Shown: in pieces, positions 12,601-26,902 of the stretch | How the letters are laid out: each line of letters opens with the position of its first letter | Position numbering within the stretch: the stretch's first letter is position 1 | NCBI GenBank assembly: GCA_951406725.2 | Contig: OX597816.1 | Span: forward strand, 57,908,001 to 57,972,000 | DNA: 64,000 bases | From: Octopus vulgaris | Taxonomy: Eukaryota | Direction of reading: 5' to 3' | Notes under the pieces: model-generated | Databases searched by the model: none | What the model saw: the letters and a program-made list of their open reading frames with translations, nothing else | Told to the model about the DNA's origin: nothing | Program-made: the position numbers and the translations under genes

Positions 12601-15600
12601 CGGCTTAAATACTGGACTTTATTTCGTCTGTGCGTTTTTGAGTTCAAATTTCGTCAAAGTCGACTTTGACGTACAGATTATTTTATCCCCGTCACTTAGC
12701 GGTTCAGCAAAAGAGACCGATAGAATAAGTACTGGGCTTACAAAGAATAAATCCCGGGGTCGATTTGCTCGACTAAAGGCGGTGCTCCAGCATGGCCGCA
12801 GTCAAATGACTGAAACAAGTAAAAGAAAAGACACACACAGGCATGTGGCTGATGCTGGTGGCACATGAAGAGCTCCTTTTGAGTGTTGGGCCTCACGGAG
12901 GCAATGACCGAAATTTTTGGCATTATGTCGTGCTTGAGAAGAAGACCCATGAAGCCAAGCAAAATTGAAGTCATGGCAGATACCAGTGTCATGCGAATGG
13001 CATGTAAAAAAACCCATTATACTCTCGGAGTAGTTGGCATTAGGAAGTGCATCCAGCCATAGAAAACCATGCTGTCTGGTGCAGCCTTCCTTCTTACCAG
13101 CGCTGGTCAAACAGTCCAACCCATGTCAGCATGGACAACAGACGTTAAATGATGATGGTGAAACATAATGTAATAAAATGACCCCTGATGAACTGTTGTT
13201 GTTCAACATCCAAATTTCACTTTGAACCCCCACTGCAGTGGATGCAAATAACTGCAATGGTAAAACATTCTTTGAATGGTAAAACTTTCAATAATGATGA
13301 TGACCTGAATTTGCACTTGCTTCAGTTTTTGGCTGAAATAGACCAGAAGTTCAATGAGCATGGAATCATGAAGTTGCCAGAAAGATGGCAAAATGTCATC
13401 AAACAAAATGGAAAATATATAATTGATTAAGGTTCATATGAAAAGAAATGACTTCTATTTGACACTAAAAGACTGAGATTACTTTGTTACCAACCCAATA
13501 CTTATGGTATATTCTGTTAAAAGTATGGTATAAAGCTCGTCCACCTTCAGATTTACTAATACTACTACTACTGTACTATCCAGTCGTAGTATTATAATTT
13601 TTTTAATTATACATATATAATTATAATAAAGGGTAAAAATCATTAATGATTTTACAATGGGGTCAGCAGGGGCATCCAGCTGTAAAAAAAACATGCTAAA
13701 ACAGACAGTGAAACCTGGTGCAGTTTTCTTTCTAGCCAGCTCCTGTCAATCTGTCCAACCCATGCCAGCATGAAACACAGATATATGATGATGATGATGA
13801 TGATAAGTGTGTACCCCGCACCCCCCACATCACCACTTCAGCTGGTATTGGTTTAAGTGTCTATGATGACTTAGCAGTTTGGCAAAAAGGGCTGATAGAA
13901 CGAGCAGCAGACTTTAAAAAAATAAATACTGGGGCAGATTTTTTTCAAAGGAACCCTTTCAAGAAGTGACCCAGCATGCAGTTCAATGAGTGAAACAAGT
14001 AAAAGACAACAATATACATACATACGTGTGTGTGTGTGTGTGTCTGGTGACTTTTCATTGTCCACTTCAAATTGCTTGGCCTTCTTTTGATTTTCTTCCC
14101 CCTCTCTGTAGCCATTACCTCCTCTCACTGCTAACACTTTTACTTCTTCCTTTCTTCTCCTCTCACTACTCCTACCTTTCCCTATTTTCAACACTACTTG
14201 ACATTCCTTTTCTCTCACCAAATATCCTGAATCAAACAAACAACCACAACACATCACCAGTTAGGAAATTACTATTTTAAAGTCTTACAAGAGACATTCT
14301 GCAACAGTACTTTGGAGTACAGCATAACATGGCAGTCCTGGTTTAGGACGAATGTTGCTGTAATCTAGCCCCAGGAGACATCATCTCCAGCTGGCTATAC
14401 GACACAATCTGTTCAAAAATATAAGGACACAAATCATGTCATATAGCCAGCTGGAGATGATGTCTCCTGGGGCAAAATTTGTCCTAAACCAGGGCTGCTA
14501 TGTTATGTTGGCAAATAATCCTGACTACATGTTGTTCCACATTTTATTCATTCCATTGTAGTGGGCATTTGGTGAAGGCCGTAATTGTTTTGGATCATGA
14601 GGAGACCTATTGAGTCAAGCAACTGTTTAGATGTTTGAGGAGACCTATTGAGTCAAGTACATCGACATCAAAATCAAATGGAAATTGTAGTTGTGGCTGA
14701 TGCCAGCATTGCCTGTCTGGCTCCCTGTGCCAGTGACACGTAAAAGGCACCATCCAAACATGGTTGATGCCATCCTCCTTGCCCCAAATGGCTCCTGTGC
14801 TGGTGGCACGTAAAAAGCACCCACTACACTCTCGGAGTGGTTGGCATTAATTAGAAAAGGCATCTAGCTGTAGAAACACTGCCAGATCAGATTGGAGCCT
14901 GGTACAGCCTCCTGGCTTTCCAGACCCCAGTCGAATTGTCCAACCTATGCCAGCAGGGAAAATAGACGTTAAACGATGATGATGATGTGCGATGCAGTGA
15001 AAGGATGTGTGTTGTGACGGATATAGAACATGTAGAATCACATTGGAATCACTCACCAATTGTAGTGGTTGAGGTGACATGCCATGCCATATGTCAGTAT
15101 GATGTAATCGACTACCAAATGTAGCGAGTAGATGTAACGCTTGAAGGTTCTCACATCGGAATAATCAGTGAAGAACATCAAAGAATCAAGACCAAGAAAA
15201 AAGAAATGTTATTTACATATATTTATTTGTTTGCCCGAAAGGTAGTTAAAGAGACAGTAGAAATTCTAGTGATAGTGACAAAAAGGTTGGCTCGCTGGTT
15301 TGTAATTGATAGTGTAGATGTTGCTGTCTGTCAGTAGAGAGTGAAAGAGTAAGGAATGCATGGCGCTGACTAGAAAGGATAAAGGTGGCATTGTTTTTCT
15401 TGTGACTGAATGCTTCTCTTCATATATCTTCATAAGGGTAAAGGGAAGTGCTGCTCTTGGTCATGGCTAATGCAAAAGAGGGTGTTGCTCCTTGGTCTCA
15501 CTGACACAAAAGAGGCACCGATAGGAAATGCTCTCTGTTATATAGACCATGGTCAATAATATAGGTCAAACCCTAAACAAAGGACTGACCTTTCCTTGAA

Positions 15601-16261
15601 CAGCACAGGTCCTAGAGGGGGTCGAGTGTTTCCCTATCAATCAGCTGGTGTGGAGAGGATTACCTGCTTGTTTTGCCAAGCAACAAATGGGTAGATTTGG
15701 TTTCAAATCTCAGGCAGGGTCAAGCGAGGTGCCTACACATTGTATAGAAACTTAGACAGAAAACCAAACCAACGTTGAATTTAACTTACGATAAAAGTAA
15801 ACGAACGAAGTTTGCTTTAGAAGCGTTGAGATATATTCAAAGATACAGAAATAATTTATTCTCAAATGCAGGATAATGCTAATGCAATAGCATGAACAGG
15901 ATAAACTATCCATACATTGCAGAAAAAAATCATTGTAGGCCAGCCATGAGACTTGAACTCACATCTCTGTGATTACGCGTCAAGTGCTTTAACATTTAAG
16001 CTAAACTCACATCCCCGTTATTAGGCATTAAGTGGTTTAACCTTTAAGCTAAACTGCCCAGCAAGGAATTCTTCTGCAATTTTAGGATTTATAAATTTAA
16101 GCTTTATAAGACACTGACATTAAATTTAACATAATCACAGGGATGTGAGTTGGAGTCTCATGGTTGGCAGAGAATGATTTTTTTGTGCAATATATGGACA
16201 GTTTATCCTGTTCAAGCTATTGTGTTAGTGACAATCTGTGATACACTCTCATTGCCTGCCT

Positions 16262-16299
<38 letters not shown>

Positions 16300-17006
16300 T
16301 AATATGAGGGTAATAAAGATTTTAGAAATTTTTACTACCAGTGGCCTAGCGTATAGAAAAATTAGTCAATAGACTATATATTATTCATGTAGAATACAGT
16401 GTACATTTAAACACATAAGAGCTATCTGTCATAGGATTCCTTTCACGCTAGAAGGAAAAGCTAAAGTCCAAACCGCTATTAGGGATAAATTCTTGAAGGG
16501 AATGAAAAATGTACACTGTTTAAATGTACACTGTATTTTATATGAATAATATATAGTTTGTTGGCTAATTTTTCTATATGCTAGGCCACTGGTAGTAAAA
16601 ATTTCTAAAATCTTTATTACCCTGATATTATTAATTATGTATAATGATTTCTGGAAGATTCGTTCGAAGAAATTGCTGGCATCTTTTGCTGCCAACGAAA
16701 AACTGCGCTTGTGCAGTGGATTTGAAAAACTTAAAATGTATAAGCAGGAGGCACATGCTGGATTGGTCTCGTGTTTATATGTTTAATCTTGGTGTACCTG
16801 TTGATGAAGACTTTGCCTAGCAAATTATTTTATTTTATTTGCTAAAATAAGTCAGAAACCATGGTCCAGGAAATAGATGGTAAACGTTTTCATTTTTCAT
16901 TCCCTTCCAGAATTTATCCCTAATTAGTGCTTTGGACTTTAGCTGTTCTTTCTAGAGTAAAGAATTCCTATAATGGAAACCTCTTAATGTGTTTAAATGT
17001 ACACTG

Positions 17007-17054
<48 letters not shown>

Positions 17055-20000
17055 GCACACATATACATTGGGTTGTCCCATAAATAATGCGGGTTTTTTT
17101 TGTCTTTTATTTTTTCAAAATAAAGATAAACAAACTTCTTTCTTACTCTAAAATATACTCTCCTTCATTTTCTACAATGCTCTTCCATCTATCTTGTAGA
17201 CTTGCAAGGCCCCGCTTTCAAAATAAACTTGTCCATGACGAAAAATACTCCTCCTATACTGTTCTGACCTCGTCTATAGAATTCATATTTTTTCTGTCCA
17301 AATGATTTTGAAGACTGCGGAATAAATGATAATCAGATAGGGCAATGTCCGGCGAATAATGTGGGTGGGGCATCGTTTCCCATTCAAACTGTCCCAGCCT
17401 TTGGAATGTTATCCTCGCTGTATGTGGCCGAGCATTATCCTGATGGAAGAACACCTTTTGTCTTGAAACCAAAGATGGTCGTTTTCCTTCTAGTGCAGGT
17501 GTCAATGAATGGTTGAATGACCAAATCCAAGCTTCTCTGCTAGTTCCTCAACAGTTACGATGGAATTTTCTTCCACCAGGGTTTGCAGGACATCCTTGTC
17601 GAGCTCTACAGATCCTCTAGGACGAGGCTCGTCTTCTAGGCTGTAGTTCCCGACTCGGAATTTCTGGAACCCCAATCCCCATATACTGCATTAATATTCC
17701 TCACACTTTCCTTTGCGTTGTTGCCTTTATTGAACTCATAAAGCAAAATATGAGGAATATGCTCCTTTGTCACTTCCACTATAGCTTTGAAAAAATAACT
17801 TAAAATTGAACTGCACTCTTCAAAACTTGCACTAAGAATAAGGACAAGGTAAAATCACTACCTGCTTTTATATCAAGTTGATGCAGGCAGTTTATCCCAT
17901 TCCTTTCCAACTTTTAGTTCATGCAAGTGAAAAAACTGCAATATTTACGGGATGACCTAATACATAGATATATACCTGTTTGTGTGTGTATGTGTGTGCA
18001 TCTTTTATTTACTTTCTTTCCGTCATTATACACAGTACTTATGGGGTCACGAACACATCAATACCAGTTAACAAACAGTGGTGAGGAACAAACAGACACA
18101 AAGCCATATGCACATACAGATGTGTGAATGTGTATATATATATAGGTGCAGGAGTGGCTGTGTGGTAAGTAGCTTGCTAACCAGCCACATGGTTCCGGGT
18201 TCAGTCCCACTGCGTGGCATCTTGGGCAAGTGTCTTTTGCTATAGCCCCGGGCTGACCAATGCCTTGTGAGTGGATTTGGTAGACGGAAACTGAAAGAAG
18301 CCTGTCGTATATATATATATATATGTGTGTGTATGTGTTTGTCCCCCTAGCATTGCTTGACAACCAATGCTGGTGTGTTTACGTCCCCGTCACTTAGCGG
18401 TTCGGCAAAAGAGACCGATAGAATAAGTACTGGGCTTACAAAGAATAAGTCCCGGGGTCGATTTGCTTGACTAAAAGGGGGTGCTCCAGCATGGCCGCAG
18501 TCAAATGACAAACAAGTAAAAGAATAATATATATATATACACACACACATACATACTTTTGTTTCAGTCATTTGACTGTGACCATGCTGGGACACTGCCT
18601 TTAGTCGAATGAATCAACCCCAGGACTTATTCTTTGTAAGCCTAGTACTTATTCTATCGGTCTCTTTTGCCAAACCACTAAGTTACAGGAATGTAAACAC
18701 ATCAACATAGATTGTCAAGTGATATTAATCAATTAAAACCAGTGGCCTAGCATATTTTAAAAAATCCGAAGATTAAAAATTTTTCTTACATATTTGATTA
18801 ATATCAATTTCTACCCTTATTTATTTTTAAATAAAAAATGTTCTCTAACCAGTAAATTGACTGCTGTAGTTAATTAACTGCAGAGTAATTTCCGATCTCA
18901 GCGCATCAAAGTGAAGGCATTTGAAAGATATACATAAATATAATTTGCAGAACTCTATATATGATGGATTTCGGTTGAGCGTTCTGTATCTAGTTCTGCA
19001 AATTGTGTTTTGTAAACGACAGACTATGCTGATGATCTTGCAGATGTTTGCGTGTGCATATACGTGAATATTAACAAGTGAAACTAATTAGTACAAAGGT
19101 AATCATTTTTTATTTCGTATATTTTCATTTGTCTTGCTTATTTTTACACTTTGGTTCTTTGCTGAGTTTTTTCTTGAGAACACATTCTTTGTGGAAAATA
19201 GCGATTTTGACGTCTATATCTAGCATATGTCCAATTTCATATATATATATAATATATATATATATGACAGGCTTCTTTCAGTTTCCGTCTACCAAATCCA
19301 CTCACAGGTTTTTAGTTGGCCTGAGGCTATAGTAGAAAACACTTGCCCAAGGTGTCACACAGTGGGACTGAACCTGGAACCATGTGGTTAGGAAGCAAGC
19401 TTCTAACCACACAGCCATGCCTATAACTATACACACATACACTCACGTATATATTAAAGAGATGTACTTGCATAGCAAGTGTTTTGATCTGAGATCTTGT
19501 GCTGACACAAGTTAACCATTTGGAAACAGAGGAAGACTTTTATGGAAAAAATGGTGAAACACTTTATATACAAACACACACACGACCTGGGGACCAACAA
19601 AAAGTATGCTGCATTTATTGGGTTGGTGCATAATTATTGTGGCTTTTTTTCAACAAAAACAAAAACAACATGTAACAAACATTTTTAAATGATGTTGCCA
19701 GTGCCGCCCCGACTGGCCTCCGTGCTGGTGGCACGTTAAAAGCACCATCCGATTGTGGTCGTTGCCAGCCTTGTCTGGCCCCCATGCTGGTGGCACGTAA
19801 AAAGCACCATCCGATCGTGGCTGTTTGCCAGCCTCGTCTGGCACCTGTGCAGGTGGCACATAAAAAGCACCCACTACACTCTCGTAGTGGTTGGCGTTAG
19901 AAAGGGGCATCCAGCTGTAGAAACACTGCCAGATCAGACTGGGCCTGGCGCAGCCTTCTGGCCTCCCGGACCCCAGTTGAACCGTCCAACCCATGCTAGC

Positions 20001-23000
20001 ATGGAAAACGGACGTTAAACGATGATGATGATGATATTCCAGAGCATATTTACCATCTCCTTCAATTACTGCTTCCTGTTTGCTTTGCAGACGGTCAGAC
20101 CATTATTTAGAGATGTTTTTCTTAAATATTGTTATTGTTTCTGTTGAATAAAATTTGTTGGAAAAAAGCTGCAATAATTATGCACAAACCCAACAGAAAT
20201 TTTATATCTTAAAATGTATCTTTTGCTGTTATTTATGTTGGCAGATGGCAACTGTTCCGGTTGGCTGCTCAAAGCAGATCAGTTACTCAATGGTTGTTCC
20301 TTTTCCTCATTCTCATCTTTCGGAATTTTTTTTTTTTTTTAATGTTAATTGGAAGATAGAAAGTTCCAAGGAGAGGCTTTCTGAACACAGAAAGTTAGAG
20401 CACTAATTGTAATAATGGTGGTCTTGCTACAACTGTCACCGCTTCCATTACTGCTGCTGCTACTACTACTACTGCTAGTAGTCAAACTTCCCCTGTCCAG
20501 AAAGTCACTCTTAGAAAACTTCAGTCTTCAAAGAATGAAAAGGAAAAGAAGGAATATCTTCTATCTTTTACTTGTTTCAATCATTAGACTATGGCCAGGC
20601 TGGGGCACCGCCTTGAAGAATATTTAGTACTTGCTATCATTTCTTTTTTTTTAAGCTCGGTGCTTATTCTCTTCTCGTATGCCAACACCAGTGGTCAAGC
20701 AGTGGCAAGGAACAAATGCTGCTGACACACACATTTATGATGGACTTCTTTCAGTTTCTTATTTCTTTACTACCCACAAGGGGCTAAACACAGAGAGGAC
20801 AAACAAGGACAGACAAACGGATTAAGTCGATTATATTGACCCCAGTGTGTAACTGGTACTTAATTTATCGACCCCGAAAGGATGAAAGGCAAAGTTGACC
20901 TCGGCGGAATTTGAACTCAGAACGCAGCGACAGACGAAATACGGCTACGCATTTCGCCTGGCGTGCTAACATTTCTGCCAACACACCACCTTTCAGTTTC
21001 TATCTACCAAATCCATTTACAAGGCTTTAGTTTGCCCAAGGCGATAGCAGAAGACACTTGCCCAAGGGGACATGCAGTGGGACTGACCCTGGAACCATGT
21101 GGTTGGGAAGCAAGCTTCTTACCACATAGCTATGCCGGCACCTCCATGAAATATATAAAAAAATATTGATAACTGATGAGGTATGAGCATCCAATCGGAA
21201 GAACTGACCTTAATCATACGGCTGTTGCGAACGAATGTCATTCTTTTCCAGTATTCTGCAAAAACATGTCTGACCATGGGTGGTGGTGGTGGGGGATATT
21301 ACTTTGCTTGGAAACAGGTGAGGGTTGGTGACAGGGAGGGCAGCTGACAATGGAAAATGTGCCTCAAAATAGAAACAGCAAAAGAAATATCTCAGCACCC
21401 ATTTTGTCAGTGGCTTGTTTGCAGTTTTGAATAATGGAACTTGAGATACCATATTACAAATGTCTAAGTGAAGTTGGCAGTCTTTGTGTGTTTCCGATTG
21501 GCTAACTTAATCTTCCTGGCTGCAATAATTGCTACACACATACACATACACGATGGCTGCTACTCAATTTTGAGCAATTCCAGCACTTGACAGTTCTTTT
21601 CGACATGAGTGGCAGAGGTGTGGCTTTTCAATCCTGCCAGGGATTTACACATTTTTGCATAGACAATGATGAGCACCTCCTGCAGCAGGTGTTCACAGGG
21701 TTTCCACCCATGTTAACACATGGAATTTTTCATTGAGTGTTTTGGAATTTTTCACTGAGTGTTTTGCTTTTCTGGGCCACAACCAACACATAATATACAT
21801 GTCTCCTGTCAAAAGGATCTTAACCAGCTTAGTAGAATCATTGTCCCTTTCTCCTTTCAATAATTGTGGCGCTGTGAATGGAACCACCGTGGAGAAAGCT
21901 TCTACATTTGTTGACAGCTGTACACCCAGGTCCACACTGTACCCACAAACATGTTTTCTCTTCTAAGATTGTCTCTTTCCTTTCTGCTATGTCTACTTCC
22001 TTCAAACCAACAAAGCCACCAGCCCTGACAACATTCCCTGCTTTACTCTTAAATGGTGCACCAGTGCTAACCCATAATTCTCACAAGACTCTCTCCCTAT
22101 AGAGATCTAACCTGACCAAAAAAAAAACACTAGTGTGATCCATTCCTAAGAAAAACAAGTCCCAAGAGTTAGCCAATTTTGTACTATTCTTGATAGCATC
22201 AGGCAATTAATTTCATGTTTCTCCCCTTTCTATTCACATACATCAACATCAAATCAAATCAAATCAAACCACAATCAAATGGAAATTGTAGCTGTGGCTG
22301 ATGCCAGTGCCACCTGACTGGCTACCATGCTGGTGGTACGTAAAAAGCACCATCCAAATGAGGTCGATGCCAGCCCCCTTGCCACTCTGGCTCCCAGAGT
22401 GGTTGGTATTAGGAAGGGCATCCAGCTGTAGGAACACTGCCAGATCAGATTAGAGCCTGGTGCAGCCTCCTGTCGAACTGTCCAACCCATATCAACATGG
22501 AAGGAAGACGTTAAATGATGATGATGACCATAGAGTTTCTACTCACCAAAGTTGTATTAATGTAGGTGATGACAGTTGAAGTGGCATCCTCCGACACAGG
22601 AACGGATACAGAATCAGAAAATAAGAGATTGGCAGGAAGATTCAGCAATAGACTGTGGAAAGAAAAGCCGTTTATTAGATACACAAACAGACAACAAAGC
22701 GTGCTTATTATTCCATGGCAATCATAGATGAAGAAGTGGAAACAGAATAAATAACGAAGTAATGAGATTTAATCAGTGGGAATTTTGGTTTATTCAGACG
22801 TTTGTGGAAAGAGTCTGAATGCATAACAGAATATTGGGGGTCGCATGTGCTATTAAACACGAGTCGGTCATTCTATGCAATTATGTTGTGTAATTAACAG
22901 TTAAAATTAAAAGAAAAATTTGAAGATGCAACAGTCTCTGTATTCTTTGTAATTGCTTTAGATTTATATGTGCGTGTAGTTGTGAGCCCCGTGCTGGTAG

Positions 23001-23724
23001 CATGTAAACAGCACCATCCGAATGTGGTCAATGCCAGCGCCACTTTGACTGGCTTCCGTGCCAGTGGCACGTAAAAAGCGCCATCCGATTGTGATTGATG
23101 CCAGCCCCTCTGGCCCCTGTGCCAGTGGCACATAAAAAGCACCCACTACACTCTTGGAATGGTTGGCATTAGGAAAGGCATCCAGCTGTAGAAACACTGC
23201 CAGATCAGATTGGGGCCTGGTGCAGCCTCCTAGCTTCCCAGACCCCAGATGAACCATCCAACCCATGCCAGCATAGAAAACGGACATTAAACGATGACGA
23301 TGATATAGGTATGTGTGTGAGAAGGCATGTAACCTTGTGGTTAGGACATTGCATGCATGATTACTGGATCATGAGTTCGATTCCTGGACCAGCTGGCAAA
23401 ACCCGTCATTTCCTGTTGCTCCAGTCCACTCAGCTGTAAAGGGATACACCCTGCCACAAACTAGCCTTCTTTCTGATCAGGGTGAAATATCGACCTGCTC
23501 GCTTGGCCAGTGGGGTGGTGTCATTTGAAAGCTAGAACAATGCGAAATGCATTATCACCAGCAAGGTATCTCAACATCTGATAGTCTGGTTTAATATCGT
23601 TATATATATAAGCACAGGTGTAGCTGTGTGGCACCTTGGGCTAAATGTCTTCTACAATAGCTTTGGGATGACCAAAGCCTTATGAGTGGATTTGGTAGAC
23701 AGAAACTGAAAGAAGCCCGTCGTG

Positions 23725-23768
<44 letters not shown>

Positions 23769-26700
23769 TATATATATACGCACACACACATATATATACA
23801 TACACATATATATATATACACACACATATATATATACACACACACACATATATATATACACACATATACATATATATATATACACACACACACATATACA
23901 TATATATATGTATGTTTGTGCCTGTGTTTGTCTCCCCCCATCATCAAGAATATGATGATGGTACATATGTATATATGTGTGAGTATGAGTATGTTTGTGT
24001 CTCCTTGTCTTAACATCATCACCATCATCATCATCAGCCCGTTGTCCATGCTGGCATGGGTTGGACAGCTTGACCAAGGTTGGTAAGCCGGAACATTGCA
24101 CCAGACACCAGATCAAGTGATAATTGTAAACGAATGCTATTCATTTCCAAACTTCCGCAAAAACATGTCTGGCCATGGGGAAATATTACTTTACATGGAA
24201 AGAAGTGAGGGTTGGCAACAGGAAAGACATCCAGCCATAAAGAATCTGCCTCAAGCTCCATTCAACCCATGCAAACATGGGAAAATGGACATTATGATGA
24301 TGATGATGATGACGAATAAATCTTGGGAGAGAGCTGAACATTTTCTAGGATGATGTTCTTTCCAGCATTACCTTTCAAAGTAACGGTCAAGATCTGTCTC
24401 AAATGTATCACCAATGCAACTAGTGGTGACCACATTGTGTACACTCCATATTAATGCTAATAGTGGCCATAATATACTGGCCCCACATCAGTGCCACAGA
24501 CAGCCACATTGTGTCACTTTCACATCACTAGACGAGGCTTAACGAGATCATCATCATCATTTAACCCTTTTGTTACCAACCTGGCTGAAACCGGCTCTGG
24601 CTCTTTAGTACAAATGTCTGGTTTTCAAAAGTTCTGAATTAAAACCTTCCACCAAACCTTAGTTACAATTTATGTCCCTAACTCTAGCTTAATGATAACA
24701 ATGTTATTTTACTTAATTCTTTGTTATATTTAACATAATTGGAAGAAACACTGAGCATCTCAAAATATATTCAGTAATGAAAGGGTTAACATCCATCTTC
24801 CAGGCTGGCATGGATCGGTCCGTTTGACATATGGCAAGCTGGAAGACTGCACTGGTTCAATTATAAACAAATAAAAACAAAAAAGATTGAAAAATTTCAA
24901 AATTTATTTGAACTTGAGAAAGTCACTCACTTTACTTTAGAGAAAACCTGGAATTTGGTTTTACAGAAGTTAGCAGCAACATTGGTAGGTGCTGATTCTT
25001 GCAGTTCTTGAAGTAACCATGGTAACACTGAAGTTCCAGCATTTCCATTATTCTGGTCAATGTCCAAAAATTGTTCAATGTTTCTCTGAAAGAAAATAAA
25101 ATAAATATCAAGTCGGAGGCAATGACTGAGACCTTTGGCATTATGTCATGCTTGAGAAGACACACCAAGCCGAGCAAAATCACACTCACGGCAGATACTG
25201 GTGTCACGCAAATGGCACCCATTGGACTCTCAGAGTGGCTGGCATTAGGAAGGGCGTAGAAACCATGCCAAATCAGACTGGAGACTAGTGCAGCCTTCCA
25301 GGTTGCCAGCACTGGTCAAACTGTCCAACCCATGCCTGGGTTAAATGATGATGATGATGGTGTGTGTGTGTGTGTGTGTGTGACACTTTGTGAGTGCATA
25401 GACACATCTTATATCTGCCATGTCACATGCTTACTGCCGCCGCTGTCACCACCACCACCACATGTCTGCTGTCAGTCTCAACAGCCATTCATATCTGCCA
25501 TTGATAGTCCCCTACTCTTTGTAGCCAACTCTATATACCTTTGACCTCAATCTTTGTCACAACGAAACCCCTATTTCACATTATCTCCCTATTTCTCAAA
25601 TATCCTTTTTTACTCTAGGCAAAAGGCCCGAAATTCTTGGGGAGGGGGCCAGTTGATTAGATCAACCCCAGTACACAGCTGATACTTGATTTTATCGACC
25701 CCGAAAGGATGAAAGGCAAAGTCAACCTTGGCAGAATTTGAACTCAGAACGTAGCAGTAGACAAAATACCTATTTCTTTACTAGCCACAAGGGGCTAAAC
25801 ACAGAGGAGACAAACAAGGACAGACAAACGGATTAAGTTGATTATAACAACTCCAGTGTGTAACTGGTACTTAATTTATCGATCCCGAAAGGATGAAAGA
25901 CAAAGTCGACCTTGGCAGAATTTGAACTCAGAACGTAACGGCAGACGAAATATGGCTATGCATTTTGCCTGGCGTGCTAATGTTTCTGCCAGCTCGCTGC
26001 CTTAGCAAGTTTGTTCCTTCTCGAGTCATGCCTGGCTCATAAGGGCCGGTTTCCCGGTTTCCATGGCGTATAGGTTCCCACCTGTATGGGACGCCGGTCC
26101 GTCACAGGTGAGCTGCAAAGATGCAGGAGGAAAGAGTGAGAGAAAGTTGTGGCGAAAGGATGAAAGGCAAAGTCGACCTCGGCGGAATTTGAACTCACAA
26201 CGTAACGGCAGACAAAAAACGGCTACGCATTTCACCCGGCGTGCTAATGATTCTGCCAGCTCGCCGCCTTAATACCTGTTATGCATGCTGACATGGGTCA
26301 GACAGTTCAAAAGGGGGCTGGCGAGGGAGAAGACTGTGCCAAACTGCTGCAATATTGTGTTTGGCAGGGTTTCTATGGTTTGATGCCCTTCCTTGTGCTA
26401 ATCATTTTACAAAATGTATTGAGTGCTTTTTACATGGCACCTGCACAGTGAGGACATCAAATAATTTGCAACTGAGGGAGGTGTGTCTATGCTAGGTGAT
26501 AAGTGACACAAAGATTGGCCAGGTCAAGCGCTATTAATAATTGATACTCTGCTGAGTGGTTGGCTCCTGTCAAATCGTCCCACCCATGTCAGCATGGTGG
26601 GCGGGTGTTAAACAATAATGATAATGATGATGAATTAACAAGCGCTATTAATAATTAATAGAATAAGGTGACGAGCGAGCAGAATCATTAGCATGTTGGG

Positions 26701-26865
26701 CAAATATTTAGTGGCATTTTGTTTGTCTTAAGGTTCTGAGTTCAAATGCCACTGAGGTCAACTTTTGGGGTCGATGAAATAAGTAACCAGTTGAGGACAG
26801 GGGGTTGTTGTAACCGAATTACCCCATTTCCCTGAACTTGCTGGCCTTACACCATAATTTGAAGC

Positions 26866-26902
<37 letters not shown>

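Noticed and set aside
23600-24116. Overlapping YI/HT/CV-repeat ORFs
   Set aside because: Dinucleotide microsatellite inside a SINE.
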